Shown: one piece after another, positions 13,135-27,200 of the stretch
Layout: each line of letters starts with the position of its first letter
Numbering within the stretch: position 1 is the stretch's first letter
Assembly: GCA_964016885.1 (NCBI GenBank)
Contig: OZ024748.1
Location: 43,834,001-43,898,000, forward strand
Source: Eledone cirrhosa
Taxonomy: Eukaryota
DNA: 64,000 nt
Direction: 5' to 3'
Program-made: the position numbers and the translations under genes
The notes under the pieces: model-generated
The model's input: only the letters and a program-made list of their open reading frames with translations
Databases searched by the model: none
What the model was told of the DNA's origin: nothing

Positions 13135-13555
13135 TTAAGAGAACCACTTCACTCATCTCCCATAAATTAAAACTCTACAACATTTCTTTGGGGCTAGGGA
13201 AAGTTATGCACTTATCTGCCAGTATTGTGCCAGGATAGTTAATTACTTGTGTTAGACAATTAATTGATATCAACAAACAGAGCATTGTGACTTATGAAAA
13301 TATGCTGCAATGTTTGAATAAATTACTGTATTGAGTTGATTGAACTGTAGAAGAGTAAGTATTGCACTATTGACTATTTAAATACCATTGTCAGTACTAG
13401 AGTGGAAGTTATGCTATGAATAGACCAAGCTGAAAGCAAGAAAGTATGGTTTGTTGTGGCCTGTGGCAATTTCATGTTCCTTAACAATAATGTTTTGGGA
13501 AACAGATGAGTGAATAGTGAGAGGGGACAACTTTTTTTTTTTTTTGTAGAGTTAA

Positions 13556-14247
13556 CCTTTTAGCATTTAAACCGGCCATATCCGGCCAAAACTCTCACCT
13601 CTTCCTGTTCAAACCGGCCATAACGAGCCACTCAAACAAACATTAAGGTATTGATCTCAAAATAAATAATTGTTTCTACTTTTGGCACAAGCCCAGCAAT
13701 TATCCCAGTGTATTACTGGTACTTTATTTTATTGACCCCGTAAGGATGAAAGAAAAAGTTAACCTCGGCGGGATTTGAACTCAGATCATAAAGGGACGTA
13801 ACTATGCTGCAAAGCATGGTGTCTGACGCTCTACCGATTCTGCCAGACCACCGCTCTCAAAATAAATAATATCAAAATCTCAGATTCGATATTATGTGAG
13901 GTAAAGCCTTTACCGTGAAAATACATTAGTATATATAGAGTAATGTAAATGTTATGTGAGATATTTTGTGAGGTAAAGCCTTTACTGTGAAAATACAATA
14001 GTAAATATAGAGTAATGTAAATGGTATGCGAGATATTATGTGAGATAAAGCCTTTACCGTGAAAATACAATAGTATATATAGAGTAATGTAAATGGTATG
14101 TGAGATATTATGTGAGATAAAGCCTTTACCGTGAAAATACAATAGTATATATAGAGTAATGTAAATGTTATGCGAGATATTTTGTGAGGTAAAGCCTTTA
14201 CTGTGAAAATACAATAGTAAATATAGAGTAATGTAAATGGTAAAGGG
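13556..14247. mobile_element. piggyBac-like MITE carrying a SINE insertion and about five copies of a 72-bp internal tandem repeat
   Basis: TTAA flanks; period 72 (13901, 13973, 14045...). Confidence 0.8.
13671..13854 (-). mobile_element. Full-length tRNA-derived SINE (Nin/Deu-domain-like core) with 16-bp TSD
   Basis: A box TGGCAGAATCGG, B box GAGTTCAAATCC, core TTTCATCCTTACGGGGTCAATAAAATAAAGTACCAG; TSD TCTCAAAATAAATAAT at 13655-13670 and 13855-13870. Confidence 0.88.
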
Positions 14248-14636
14248 TTAATTTATGGGAGATGAATGAAGTATTTCAACTGATACATCAGGATGAACTA
14301 AGAGGAGCAATATCAATCAATGATCCTATTGGGGAAGTTGCATATTAACTCAATGTTCTATACCACATGAAACTACATTAGTAAGACATTCTTGAAAAGT
14401 ACAAAATAGCACTACAACTGCATCACCTTAACCGCTTAAGCATTTAAACCGGCTGTATCCGGTCAGAACTCTCACCTCTTTCTATTCAAACTGGCTATAA
14501 CAAGTCACTCATACTGATGTTAAGGTATTGATCTCAAATTAAATAATATCAAAAGCTTGTAGATTCAATATTATGTGAAATAATTATGTAAGACAAAACC
14601 TTTACTGTGAAAATACAATAGTATATATAGAGTAAT

Positions 14637-15930
14637 CATCATCATCATCATCATCACCGTTTTACATCCGTTCTTCCACGCTAGCATGGGTTAGACGGGT
14701 TGTCCTGTTGTGGGCAGTGTCTGGTCGGCTGACCATGCCTTGCTCATACAGGAACTGATTTGGCTTGCTTTCTACAGCTGGATGCCCTTCCTAACACCAA
14801 CCTCATTTACAGTGAGTGCTGGGTGCTTTTTCGTGGCGCCTACACGTCCACTTTACAGTGTGGGCTGGGTGCTTTTTTTGCCGTGGCACCTCCACGACCA
14901 CCTTGCAGTAGGGGGGTGTGGGGGCATATTGTCTATATGCTTCAGCTTGTACCCATGGGAGGTCGGGTAGTCTGTATTACTGCTTGACGCGAGAGGTCAC
15001 GGTCGTGTGTCATCACCTTTGAGAGGTGTAATTGGGTAAGGTCGGCTTTTATCACCTCATCCCAGGTCATCTTGGGTCTCCCCACTCCGCGGTTTCCATC
15101 GACTTCTAGTGCTCTGCACCTTTTTATGCAGCTGTCATCCTTCATACGCATCACATGTCCATACCAGCGCAACCACCTCTCCTGCACACAGCATTTGATT
15201 CCTCTTATGCTCAGTCTCTCTCTCAATTCATTTATGCTTTGTCGTTCGCGTATATTACTGTTACACATCGATCGGAGCATGCAGGCTTCGTTTCTCTCTA
15301 ATCTACGTAAGTCTTCCACCTTCAGCGCAGGTCTCACTACCATGCAACATCGCTGTTCGGATACACACATCATACAGTCTGCCTTTCATTTTGAGGGAGA
15401 AGCCTTTTGCAGCTAGCAGTGGTAGTAGTTCCCTAAACTTCTTCCATCCCGTTCTTACCCTAGTTATTGTACTTTCTGAACACCCACCTCCGCTGCTAAT
15501 TCGGTCACCTAGGTAGCAGAAGCTGTCTTACTGTTTCTACAGGGCCCTCCCAGAGATTGGTGGTACTTGTTTCCTGTGGCTGTTTGCTGCTTGCTGTCCC
15601 AGCACAGCTGCTGCATGTGAAGCCTACATTCTTAATTAAGCTTCCTGAGATCCCGCTACATCTCTTGTGTACCCATTGTTTGCATTTGGGGCAGAGAATG
15701 GAGTTCCTACCTACACCTTTCCTACATACTGAGCAAGGCCATTTCCCTGAGGGGATCTGGGTTCTGTTTTCTCGTCTACTTACAAGGGCCTTAGTCTTTG
15801 TCATGTTGACTTTGAGACCCTTTCTTTCTAGTCCCTGCTTCCAAGTTTGGAATTTATTCTCTAGTTCTACCATAGATTCAGCTACAAGTGCGAGGTCATC
15901 AGCATACAGGAGTTGCCATGGGCATCCGTT
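14637..15930 (-). mobile_element. RTE LINE fragment (sister subfamily, frameshifted) inserted inside a piggyBac-like MITE
   Basis: GCPWQLLYADDL..., [17 protein letters not shown]..., RWYGHVMRM; (CAT)n tail at 14637. Confidence 0.9.
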
Positions 15931-16484
15931 AAATGTGTATGCTAAAGGGTTAAATAGGAAAATCTTTAGTCTAATACTGTAAATGTTTACAATTAACTGT
16001 AGTAAAGCTACTATAAACATTTGAATTAACAAAGCTGTTCTCAGATATTTTCTGTTAAATCATTACAGGATGATAAGAGTTATTTTCCTGGTTTTACAGA
16101 AGAAAATATTTATTTTTGATGGACAGCCACTGGAATCTGAGCAATTGATGGAGCAAACTGAGTGGATTTATTTATGATGAGAAGATAGGAGTCTAAATCA
16201 ATATATGGAATATTATAGAACTGTGTCTTACTAGACAAGTTGCTAGACTTGATTACTATATTGTTGTGTGGGTGGGTGTGTGAGCCTGAGAGAATGTGTG
16301 TATGTAAGCAGGAGAGAGAGAAAGAGAGAGAGAGAAAGATAAAGAGAAAGAGTGAGTGAGTGAGTGAGTGAGTGAGTGAGTGAGTGAGTGAGTGTGAGTG
16401 TGCGTATTAGCACTTTCCTATAAAAGACTGTCACCCTACTCATGCGCTATGTCATCAGCCAGATGGTCCCACTCGATAGGATGG

Positions 16485-16942
16485 AGAGACACTGACAGAG
16501 GGAGACACACTGGAACAGCCACCCTACCTCACACCTGTGGGTGGCCACAGGGTGGTGAAGAAGACGCACTGGAACAGCCACTACCTCACACCTCTGGGTG
16601 GCCAGAGGATGGTGAGGGAGACACACTGGAACAGCCACCCTACCTCACACCTCTGGGTGGCCAGAGGGTGGTGAGGGAGACACACTGGAACAGCCACCCT
16701 ACCTCACACCTCTGGGTGGCCAGAGGGTGGTGAAGGAGACACACTGGAACAGCCACTACCTTACACCTGTGGGTGGCCAGAGGGTGGTGAGGGAGACACA
16801 CTGGAACAGCCACTCGACCTCACACCTGTGGGTGGCCAGAGGGTAGTGAGGGAGACACACTGGAACAGCCACTCTACCTCACACCTGTGGGTGGCCAGAG
16901 GGTGGTGAGGGAGACACTGGAACAGCCACTCTACCTCACACC
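16485..16942. repeat. 59-bp GC-rich minisatellite, about 8 copies
   Basis: GGGAGACACACTGGAACAGCCACCCTACCTCACACCTCTGGGTGGCCAGAGGGTGGTGA. Confidence 0.93.
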
Positions 16943-17004
16943 AGTAAGTTGTGACCATTCTCTGTTAGTTTCATACATATATGTCCTAACCAATTTACAC
17001 CTGT

Positions 17005-17270
17005 GGAGGTACATGGCCTAGTGGTAAAGGTGTTGGACTTATGATCGTAATGCTGTGTGTTCAATTCCTGGACTGGGTTGCGTGTTGTGTTCTTGAGCAA
17101 AACACTTCATTTCACATTGCTCCAGTATACTCAGCTGAAACTGAGTACTAGCAGTAGCTGGGGGTTTAACTCTGCGATGAACTGACATCCTATCCAGGGG
17201 GAAGTCTTGTACTCTCAGTTGTTTCACGCCAAGAAAATGGGATAGGCACTGGCCTGACAAGACCCCATAC
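17005..17270 (+). mobile_element. Second tRNA-derived SINE family with CORE-like central domain
   Basis: TGGCCTAGTGG A box, GTTCAATTCC B box, TGTGTTCTTGAGCAAAACACTTCATTTC; other copies at 58728-58975 (-), 51973-52110 (+), 1-55 (-) and about 37936-38060 (-). Confidence 0.78.
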
Positions 17271-17366
17271 TGGCTTTATACTTAGAATTTCCAACATGGT
17301 AAATATAGACAGTTAGGAGCTGGGTTCAATGAGTTGATTGTTGACCAAAGAGGCTTTAAGACTTAA

Positions 17367-18060
17367 CTCTTTACCATTTACATTACTCTATATTTACTAT
17401 TATATTTTCATGGTAAAGGCTTTACCTCACATAACATTCACATTACTCTATATATACTATCATATTTTCATGGTATAGGCTTTACCTCACATAATATCTC
17501 ACATAACATTCACATTACTCTATATATACTATCATATTTTCATGGTATAGGCTTTACCTCACATATCTCACATAACATTCACATTACTCTATATATACTA
17601 TCATATTTTCATGGTATAGGCTTTACCTCACATAACATTCACATTACTCTATATATACTATCATATTTTCATGGTATAGGCTTTACCTCACATAATATCT
17701 CACATAACATACACATTACTCTATATATACTATCATATTTTCATGGTATAGGCTTTACCTCAGATAATATCTCACATAACATTCACATTACTCTATATAT
17801 ACTATCATATTTTCATGGTATAGGCTTTACCTCACATAATATCTCATAACATTCACATTACTCTATATATACTATCATATTTTCATGGTAAATGCTTTAC
17901 CTCACATAATACCTCACATAATATCGAATCTATGAGATTTTGAAAGTATTTATTTTGAGAACAATACCGTCACACCAGTTTGAGTGACCAGTTACAGCCA
18001 GTTTCAACAGAAAAAGGTAGAGAATTCTGGCCGGTTTTGGCTGGTTTGAACATTAAAGGG
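17367..18060. mobile_element. piggyBac-like MITE in opposite orientation with expanded 59-72-bp subterminal repeat
   Basis: TTAA at 17363-17366 and 18061-18064; same subterminal segment amplified. Confidence 0.8.
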
Positions 18061-18227
18061 TTAACATCAGTATGGGCAGCTGATTACAGCTGGTTTGAAC
18101 AAGTGAGAGATTTTTGGACCGAATAGGGTCAGTTTAAATGCTAAAGGGTTAAATACGAAAACATTTGCCAAAAACAAGGAAATAAAATAAAAATGAACCC
18201 AAGCTGATAGTAAAGGAAGATATATAT

Positions 18228-18287
<60 letters not shown>

Positions 18288-18446
18288 TAGTGTATATACT
18301 AGATATATATACTGACAACACAGACAGTTTGTTAGTTTGCAGGGATTTTCTCTGCCAATTTCAATGTAGATCTGTAAAACCTCCAAAACATTATTATTGT
18401 CACTTATTTATTGCCAGTTTTCTACAACAGGTAGTATGTCTGTAGG

Positions 18447-19100
18447 TAGGGGTGTGTGTGTGTATAGGAGTGTGTGTGTGTGTGTGTGTAGGAGTGTGTG
18501 CATGTGTAGGAGTGTGTGTGTGTGTGTGTAGGAGTGTGTGTGTGTGTAGGAGTGTGTGTGTGTATAGGAGTGTGTGTGTGTATAGGAGTGTGTGTGTGTG
18601 TAGGAGTGTGTGTGTGTGTGTGTAGGAGTGTGTGTGTGTGTATGTAGGAGTAGGAGTGTAGGAGTGTGTGTGTGTATGTAGGAGTAGGAGTGTAGAAGTG
18701 TGTGTAGGAGCGTGTGTGTGTGTGTAGGAGTGTGTGTGTGTGTATGTAGGAGTAGGAGTGTAGAAGTGTGTGTAGGAGTTTGTGTGTGTGTGTAGGAGCG
18801 TGTGTGTGTAGGAGTTTGTGTGTGTGTGTAGGAGCGTGTGTGTGTAGGAGCGAGTGTGTGTGTGTAGGAGCGAGTGTGTGTGTGTAGGAGCGAGTGTGTG
18901 TGTGTAGGAGCGAGTGTGTGTGTGTAGGAGCGAGTGTGTGTGTAGGAGCGAGTGTGTGTAGGAGTGGGTGTGTGTAGGAGTGGGTGTGTGTAGGAGTGGG
19001 TGTGTATCTGTAGGAATGGATGTGTAGGTGTGTGTGTGTAAGTATGTAGTAGCATGTGTATATAGGAGTGTGTGCGTGTAGGCATGTGTATGTGTGCGTA
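18447..19100. repeat. Degenerate (GT)n-AGGA microsatellite
   Basis: GTGTGTGTAGGA units. Confidence 0.9.
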
Positions 19101-19133
19101 TGTGTCCAAATTCACTGTCCTAAATCATCGCCG

Positions 19134-19908
19134 CACCCTGCACTGCCCCACCCTGCACCCAACCACTCCATGCTGCCCCACCCTGCACCCAACCCAACCC
19201 CACCACACCACCCCCACCACACCACCCCCACCCAACCCCACCACACCACGCTTCCCCACCCTGCACCCAACCACACCACCCTGCCCCACCCTGCACCCAA
19301 CCACCCCACGCTGCCCCACCCGCACCCAACCACACCACCCTGCACCCAACCCCACCACGCTGCCCCACCCGCACCCAACCACACCACCCTGCACCCAACC
19401 CCACCACGCTGCCCCAAACCCCACCACGCTGTCCCACCTTGCACCCAACCCCACCACGCTGCCCCACCTTGCACCCAACCCCACCACGCTGCCCCACCTT
19501 GCACCCAACCCCACCACGCTGCCCCACCTTGCACCCAACCACCCCACGCTGCCCCACCCTGCACCCAACCCGCACCCAACCACACCACCCTGCACCCAAC
19601 CCCACCACGCTGCCCCACCTTGCACCCAACCCCACCACGCTGCCCCACCCTGCACCCAACCCCACCACGCTGCCCCACCTTGCACCCAACCCCACCACGC
19701 TGCCCCACCTTGCACCCAACCCCACCACGCTGTCCCACCTTGCACCCAACCCCACCACGCTGTCCCACCTTGCACCCAACCACACCACGCTGCCCCACCT
19801 TGCACCCAACCACACCACGCTGTCCCACCTTGCACCCAACCACACCACGCTGCCCCACCTTGCACCCAACCACACCACGCTGCCCCACCCTGCACCCAAC
19901 CCCACCAC
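19134..19908. repeat. 30-bp C-rich minisatellite
   Basis: CCCCACCACGCTGCCCCACCTTGCACCCAA. Confidence 0.95.
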
Positions 19909-20991
19909 AAGCTCTCATGTGAAGGGTTGATACTATAGAACCACTGTGTTGTGTCAAACAACTTCACTCAACCATTCACATGAGCTAATCTTTATATTTC
20001 CTTTCTCCATTCTTAAGGAAACTACAAGTTATTGTCAAAGACTCTCTCTACGAGGTTCTCAAAGTTTTTGGAACCCCCCCCCCTCCCCAATGACTGCATA
20101 ATACCCTCAACACCCCCAACCCTATTTCCAGAGACACCCGTCTACATGCAAATTGTAAATAATATATATAATAAATAAAATCGTTAATTTATATATAATA
20201 AATAATATAATATATACTATATATAAATAATATATTTTTTAAGTTACTATATTTATATATAATATGTATTTGATATTTAATATACTATTATATCATCTCT
20301 ACTGACCCCCCCCCCCCCCACACACACACACTGACCCCCTTAAGTACCAGTGCTCCCAGGACCGTCTCAACGGGTGTCGATATCCCCCACTTTGGGAACC
20401 ACTGACCGAGATTGTACTTTAGTAATTTGTCTCATCAAAAACATGTCCCTCTGGTTACACAGCCTGAAACATATTCAAACACCTATTAAACCAAACTATC
20501 TTACAAACTTCATTATAATAACTACTGCTTTCACTTAATTCATTAACTTGACATCTGACAGGTCAAGCTCCTATCTTATCTTTTTTTAAAGAGGTTAGTG
20601 ATTGTCTCTCATAATTCTTTCTTCCTAGCACTTTCAAATACAACCTAATTAGCTTTATAATTACCATTTCTGGGAATATCTCCTGAAATCTAATATTTTC
20701 AACAATGAAATTTGGTTTTCTCCTGGGCCGAAGCCTATTTCAGCTCTGAGCAGTTTATCATACACAGGATGGTGTGCTGTTTGTCAACAAATCTAATAAT
20801 AGACTTTAAATCTGAAAGTATTCACAACTGAAAACATCAACCACTTAACTTATCCAGGAGAAAGTCTCAAAGTCTAGAGTTATTTGTTTCTTGATTCAAT
20901 TCAATTTAATTTCAACCATTCAATCTTACTTTACTAATGTATTACCCATCTACCTACGTACCTACCTACCTATCTATACAAACACTCACGT

Positions 20992-21037
<46 letters not shown>

Positions 21038-21244
21038 ACACATGCGTGCTCACAAGTCTATCTTTAACATCCTATAATTATTTAGCAGAATATGTCTCAA
21101 AGTGAAGTCTGTTAATTCAAATGTTTATAATATCTTTACTAGTAGACAGATTGTTGTAAAAATTTGCTGTCTTAAAGACTTTAATTTTTAATGTGATGCA
21201 GTCATAATAGTTCTGTTTTGTAATTTTCAACAATGTCCTGTTAA

Positions 21245-24200
21245 CTCAGAGTACCAGTAATTCCTGGCACTGTTCTCCAAGTACCAGTAATTCCTGGAAC
21301 TGTTCTCAGAGTACCAGTAATTCCTGGCAGTGTTCTCCAAGTACCAGTAATTCCTGGCACTGTTGTCCGAGTACCAGTAATTCCTAGCACTGTTCTCCGA
21401 GTACCAGAAATTCCTGGCAGTGTTGTCCGAGTACCAGTAATTCCTGGCAGTGTTGTCCAAGTACCAGTAATTCCTGGCAGTGTTGTCCAAGTACCAGAAA
21501 TTCCTGGCAGTGTTGTCCAAGTACCAGTAATTCCTGGCAGTGTTGTCCAAGTACCAGTAATTCCTGGCAGTGTTGTCCAAGTACCAGAAATTCCTGGCAG
21601 TGTTGTCCAAGTACCAGAAATTCCTGGCAGTGTTGTCCGAGTACCAGTAATTCCTGGCAGTGTTGTCCGAGTACCAGTAATTCCTGGCACTGTTCTCCAA
21701 GTACCAGAAATTCCTGGCAGTGTTCTCCAAGTACCAGTAATTCCTGGCAGTGTTCTCCAAGTACCAGTAATTCCTGGCACTGTCCCGAGTACCAGTAATT
21801 CCTGGCAGTGTCCTGAGTACCAGTAATTCCTGGCAGTGTTGTCCGAGTACCAGTAATTCCTGGCAGTGTTGTCCGAGTACCAGTAATTCCTGGCAGTGTT
21901 GTCCGAGTACCAGTAATTCCTGGCACTGTTCTCCAAGTACCAGTAATTCCTGGCACTGTTCTCCAAGTACCAGTAATTCCTGGCACTGTTCTCCAAGTAC
22001 CAGTAATTCCTGGCACTGTTCTCCAAGTACCAGTAATTCCTGGCACTGTTGTCCAAGTACCAGTAATTCCTGGCAGTGTTGTCCAAGTACCAGTAATTCC
22101 TGGCAGTGTTGTCCAAGTACCAGTAATTCCTGGCAGTGTTGTCCAAGTACCAGTAATTCCTGGCAGTGTTCTCCAAGTACCAGTATTTCCTGGCAGTGTT
22201 GTCCAAGTACCAGTAATTCCTGGCAGTGTTGTCCAAGTACCAGTAATTCCTGGCAGTGTTGTCCAAGTACCAGTAATTCCTGGCAGTGTTCTCCAAGTAC
22301 CAGTAATTCCTGGCACTGTTCTCCAAGTACCAGTAATTCCTGGCAGTGTTCTCCAAGTACCAGTAATTCCTGGCACTGTTCTCCAAGTACCAGTAATTCC
22401 TGGCAGTGTTCTGAGCACCAGTAATTCCTGGCACTGTTCTCCAAGTACCAGTAATTCCTGGCAGTGTTGTCCGAGTACCAGTAATTCCTGGCACTGTCCT
22501 GAGTACCAGTAATTCCTGGCACTGTCCTGAGTACCAGTAATTCCTGGCAGTGTTCTCAGAGTACCAGTAATTCCTGGCAGTGTTCTCCAAGTACCAGTAA
22601 TTCCTGGGACTGTTCTCCAAGTACCAGTAATTCCTGGCACTGTTCGCCAAGTACCAGTAATTCCTGGCAGTGTTCTCCAAGTACCAGTAATTCCTGGCAC
22701 TGTTCTCCAAGTACCAGTAATTCCTGGCAGTGTTGTCCGAGTACCAGTAATTCCTGGCACTGTTCTCCAAGTACCAGTAATTCCTGGCAGTGTTCTCCAA
22801 GTACCAGTAATTCCTGGCAGTGTTCTCAGAGTACCAGTAATTCCTGGCAGTGTTCTCCAAGTACCAGTAATTCCTGGCAGTGTTGTCCAAGTACCAGTAA
22901 TTCCTGGCAGTGTTGTCCAAGTACCAGTAATTCCTGGCAGTGTTGTCCAAGTACCAGTAATTCCTGGCAGTGTTGTCCAAGTACCAGTAATTCCTGGCAG
23001 TGTTGTCCAAGTACCAGTAATTCCTGGCAGTGTTCTCCAAGTACCAGTAATTCCTGGCACTGTCCTGAGTACCAGTAATTCCTGGCAGTGTTCTCCGAGT
23101 ACCAGTAATTCCTGGCAGTGTTCTCCGAGTACCAGTAATTCCTGGCAGTGTTCTCGGAGAACACTGCCAGGAATTACTGGTACTTGGAGTACACTGCCAG
23201 GAATTACTGGTACTTGGACAACACTGCCAGGAATTACTGGTACTTGGACAACAGTGCCAGGAATTACTGGTACTCGGAGAACAGTGCCAGGAATTACTGG
23301 TACTTGGAGAACAGTGCCAGGAATTACTGGTACTTGGAGAACAGTGCCAGGAATTACTGGTACTCTGAGAACACTGCCAGGAATTACTGGTACTCAGGAC
23401 ACTGCCAGGAATTACTGGTACTCGGGACAGTGCCAGGAATTACTGGTACTTGGAGAACACTGCCAGGAATTACTGGTACTTGGAGAACACTGCCAGGAAT
23501 TTCTGGTACTTGGAGAACAGTGCCAGGAATTACTGGTACTTGGAGAACAGTGCCAGGAATTACTGGTACTCTGAGAACACTGCCAGGAATTACTGGTACT
23601 TGGAGAACAGTGCCAGGAATTACTGGTACTCTAAGTACCAGTAATTCCTGGCACTGTTCTCCAAGTACCAGTAATTCCTGGCACTGTTCTCCAAGTACCA
23701 GTAATTCCTGGCACTGTTCTCCAAGTACCAGTAATTCCTGGCACTGTCCTGAGTACCAGTAATTCCTGGCAGTGTTGACCGAGTACCAGTAATTCCTGGC
23801 ACTGTTCTCCGAGTACCAGTAATTCCTGGCACTGTTCTCCAAGTACCAGTAATTCCTGGCACTGTTCTCCAAGTACCAGTAATTCCTGGCACTGTCCTGA
23901 GTACCAGTAATTCCTGGCAGTGTTGACCGAGTACCAGTAATTCCTGGCACTGTTCTCCGAGTACCAGTAATTCCTGGCAGTGTTCTCCAAGTACCAGTAA
24001 TTCCTGGCAGTGTTGTCTGAGTACCAGTAATTCCTGGCACTGTTCTCCAAGTACCAGTAATTCCTGGCAGTGTTGTCCAAGTACCAGTAATTCCTGGCAC
24101 TGTTCTCCAAGTACCAGTAATTCCTGGCAGTGTTGTCCAAGTACCAGTAATTCCTGGCAGTGTTGTCCAAGTACCAGTAATTCCTGGCAGTGTTCTCCAA

Positions 24201-27200
24201 GTACCAGTAATTCCTGGCACTGTCCTGAGTACCAGTAATTCCTGGCAGTGTTCTCCAAGTACCAGTAATTCCTGGCAGTGTTGTCTGAGTACCAGTAATT
24301 CCTGGCAGTGTTGTCTGAGTACCAGTAATTCCTGGCAGTGTTGTCTGAGTACCAGTAATTCCTGGCAGTGTTGTCTGAGTACCAGTAATTCCTGGCAGTG
24401 TTGTCTGAGTACCAGTAATTCCTGGCAGTGTTCTCCAAGTACCAGTAATTCCTGGCAGTGTTGTCTGAGTACCAGTAATTCCTGGCAGTGTTGTCTGAGT
24501 ACCAGTAATTCCTGGCACTGTTCCCCAAGTACCAGTAATTCCTGGCACTGTTCTCCGAGTACCAGTAATTCCTGGCAGTGTTGTCTGAGTACCAGTAATT
24601 CCTGGCAGTGTTGTCTGAGTACCAGTAATTCCTGGCACTGTTCTCCAAGTACCAGTAATTCCTGGCAGTGTTCTCCAAGTACCAGTAATTCCTGGCACTG
24701 TTCTCCAAGTACCAGTAATTCCTGGCACTGTCCTGAGTACCAGTAATTCCTGGCACTGTTCTCCAAGTACCAGTAATTCCTGGCACTGTTCTCCGAGTAC
24801 CAGTAATTCCTGGCAGTGTTCTCCAAGTACCAGTAATTCCTGGCACTGTTCTCCAAGTACCAGTAATTCCTGGCAGTGTTCTCCAAGTACCAGTAATTCC
24901 TGGCAGTGTTCTCCAAGTACCAGTAATTCCTGGCACTGTCCTGAGTACCAGTAATTCCTGGCACTGTTCTCCAAGTACCAGTAATTCCTGGCACTGTTCT
25001 CCAAGTACCAGTAATTCCTGGCAGTGTTCTCCAAGTACCAGAAATTCCTGGCAGTGTTCTCCAAGTACCAGTAATTCCTGGCACTGTTCTCCAAGTACCA
25101 GTAATTCCTGGCACTGTTCTCCAAGTACCAGTAATTCCTGGCACTGTTCTCCAAGTACCAGTAATTCCTGGCACTGTTCTCCAAGTACCAGTAATTCCTG
25201 GCACTGTTCTCCAAGTACCAGTAATTCCTGGCAGTGTTCTCCAAGTACCAGAAATTCCTGGCAGTGTTCTCCAAGTACCAGTAATTCCTGGCACTGTTCT
25301 CCAAGTACCAGTAATTCCTGGCACTGTTCTCCAAGTACCAGTAATTCCTGGCAGTGTTCTCCAAGTACCAGTAATTCCTGGCAGTGTTGTCCGAGTACCA
25401 GTAATTCCTGGCAGTGTTGTCCAAGTACCAGTAATTCCTGGCACTGTTCTCCAAGTACCAGTAATTCCTGGCACTGTTCTCCAAGTACCAGTAATTCCTG
25501 GCACTGTTCTCCAAGTACCAGTAATTCCTGGCAGTGTTCTCCAAGTACCAGTAATTCCTGGCAGTGTTGTCCAAGTACCAGTAATTCCTGGCACTGTTCT
25601 CCAAGTACCAGTAATTCCTGGCACTGTTCTCCAAGTACCAGTAATTCCTGGCACTGTTCTCCAAGTACCAGTAATTCCTGGCAGTGTTGTCCAAGTACCA
25701 GTAATTCCTGGCAGTGTTCTGCAAGTACCAGTAATTCCTGGCACTGTTCTCCAAGTACCAGTAATTCCTGGCACTGTTCTCCAAGTACCAGTAATTCCTG
25801 GCACTGTCCTGAGTACCAGTAATTCCTGGCAGTGTTCTCCAAGTACCAGTAATTCCTGGCAGTGTTGTCGAAGTACCAGTAATTCCTGGCAGTGTTCTCC
25901 AAGTACCAGTAAGTCCTGGCACTGTCCTGAGTACCAGTAATTCCTGGCAGTGTTCTCCAAGTACCAGTAATTCCTAGCAGTGTTGTCCAAGTACCAGTAA
26001 TTCCTGGCAGTGTTCTCCAAGTACCAGTAATTCCTGGCAGTGTTCTCCAAGTACCAGTAAGTCCTGGCACTGTCCTGAGTACCAGTAATTCCTGGCACTG
26101 TCCTGAGTACCAGTAATTCCTGGCAGTGTTCTCCAAGTACCAGTAATTCCTGGCAGTGTTCTCCAAGTACCAGTAATTCCTGGCAGTGTTCTCAGAGTAC
26201 CAGTAATTCCTGGCACTGTTCTCCAAGTACCAGTAATTCCTGGCAGTGTTCTCCAAGTACCAGTAATTCCTGGCACTGTCCTGAGTACCAGTAATTCCTG
26301 GCAGTGTTGTCCAAGTACCAGTAATTCCTGGCACTGTTCTCCAAGTACCAGTAATTCCTGGCACTGTCCTGAGTACCAGTAATTCCTGGCACTGTTCTCC
26401 AAGTACCAGTAATTCCTGGCAGTGTTCTCCAAGTACCAGTAATTCCTGGCACTGTTCTCCAAGTACCAGAATTTCCTGGCAGTGTTCTCCAAGTACAAGT
26501 AATTCCTGGCAGTGTTCTCCAAGTACCAGTATTTCCTGGCAGTGTTGTCCAAGTACCAGTAATTCCTGGCACTGTTCTCCAAGTACCAGTAATTCCTGGC
26601 ACTGTCCTGAGTACCAGTAATTCCTGGCACTGTTCTCCAAGTACCAGTAATTCCTGGCAGTGTTCTCCAAGTACCAGTAATTCCTGGCACTGTTCTCCAA
26701 GTACCAGAATTTCCTGGCAGTGTTCTCCAAGTACAAGTAATTCCTGGCAGTGTTCTCCAAGTACCAGTAATTCCTGGCAGTGTTCTCCAAGTACCAGTAA
26801 TTCCTGGCACTGTCCTGAGTACCAGTAATTCCTGGCACTGTTCTCCAAGTACCAGTAATTCCTGGCAGTGTTCTCCAAGTACCAGTAATTCCTGGCAGTG
26901 TTCTCCAAGTACCAGTAATTCCTGGCAGTGTTCTCCAAGTACCAGTAATTCCTGGCACTGTTCTCCAAGTACCAGAATTTCCTGGCAGTGTTCTCCAAGT
27001 ACAAGTAATTCCTGGCAGTGTTCTCCAAGTACCAGTAATTCCTGGCAGTGTTCTCCAAGTACCAGTAATTCCTGGCACTGTCCTGAGTACCAGTAATTCC
27101 TGGCACTGTTCTCCAAGTACCAGTAATTCCTGGCAGTGTTCTCCAAGTACCAGTAATTCCTGGCAGTGTTCTCCAAGTACCAGTAATTCCTGGCAGTGTT

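Noticed and set aside
18408-19967. His/Thr/Pro-rich and Gly/Trp-rich ORFs
   Set aside because: Translations of micro- and minisatellites, open in nearly all frames.
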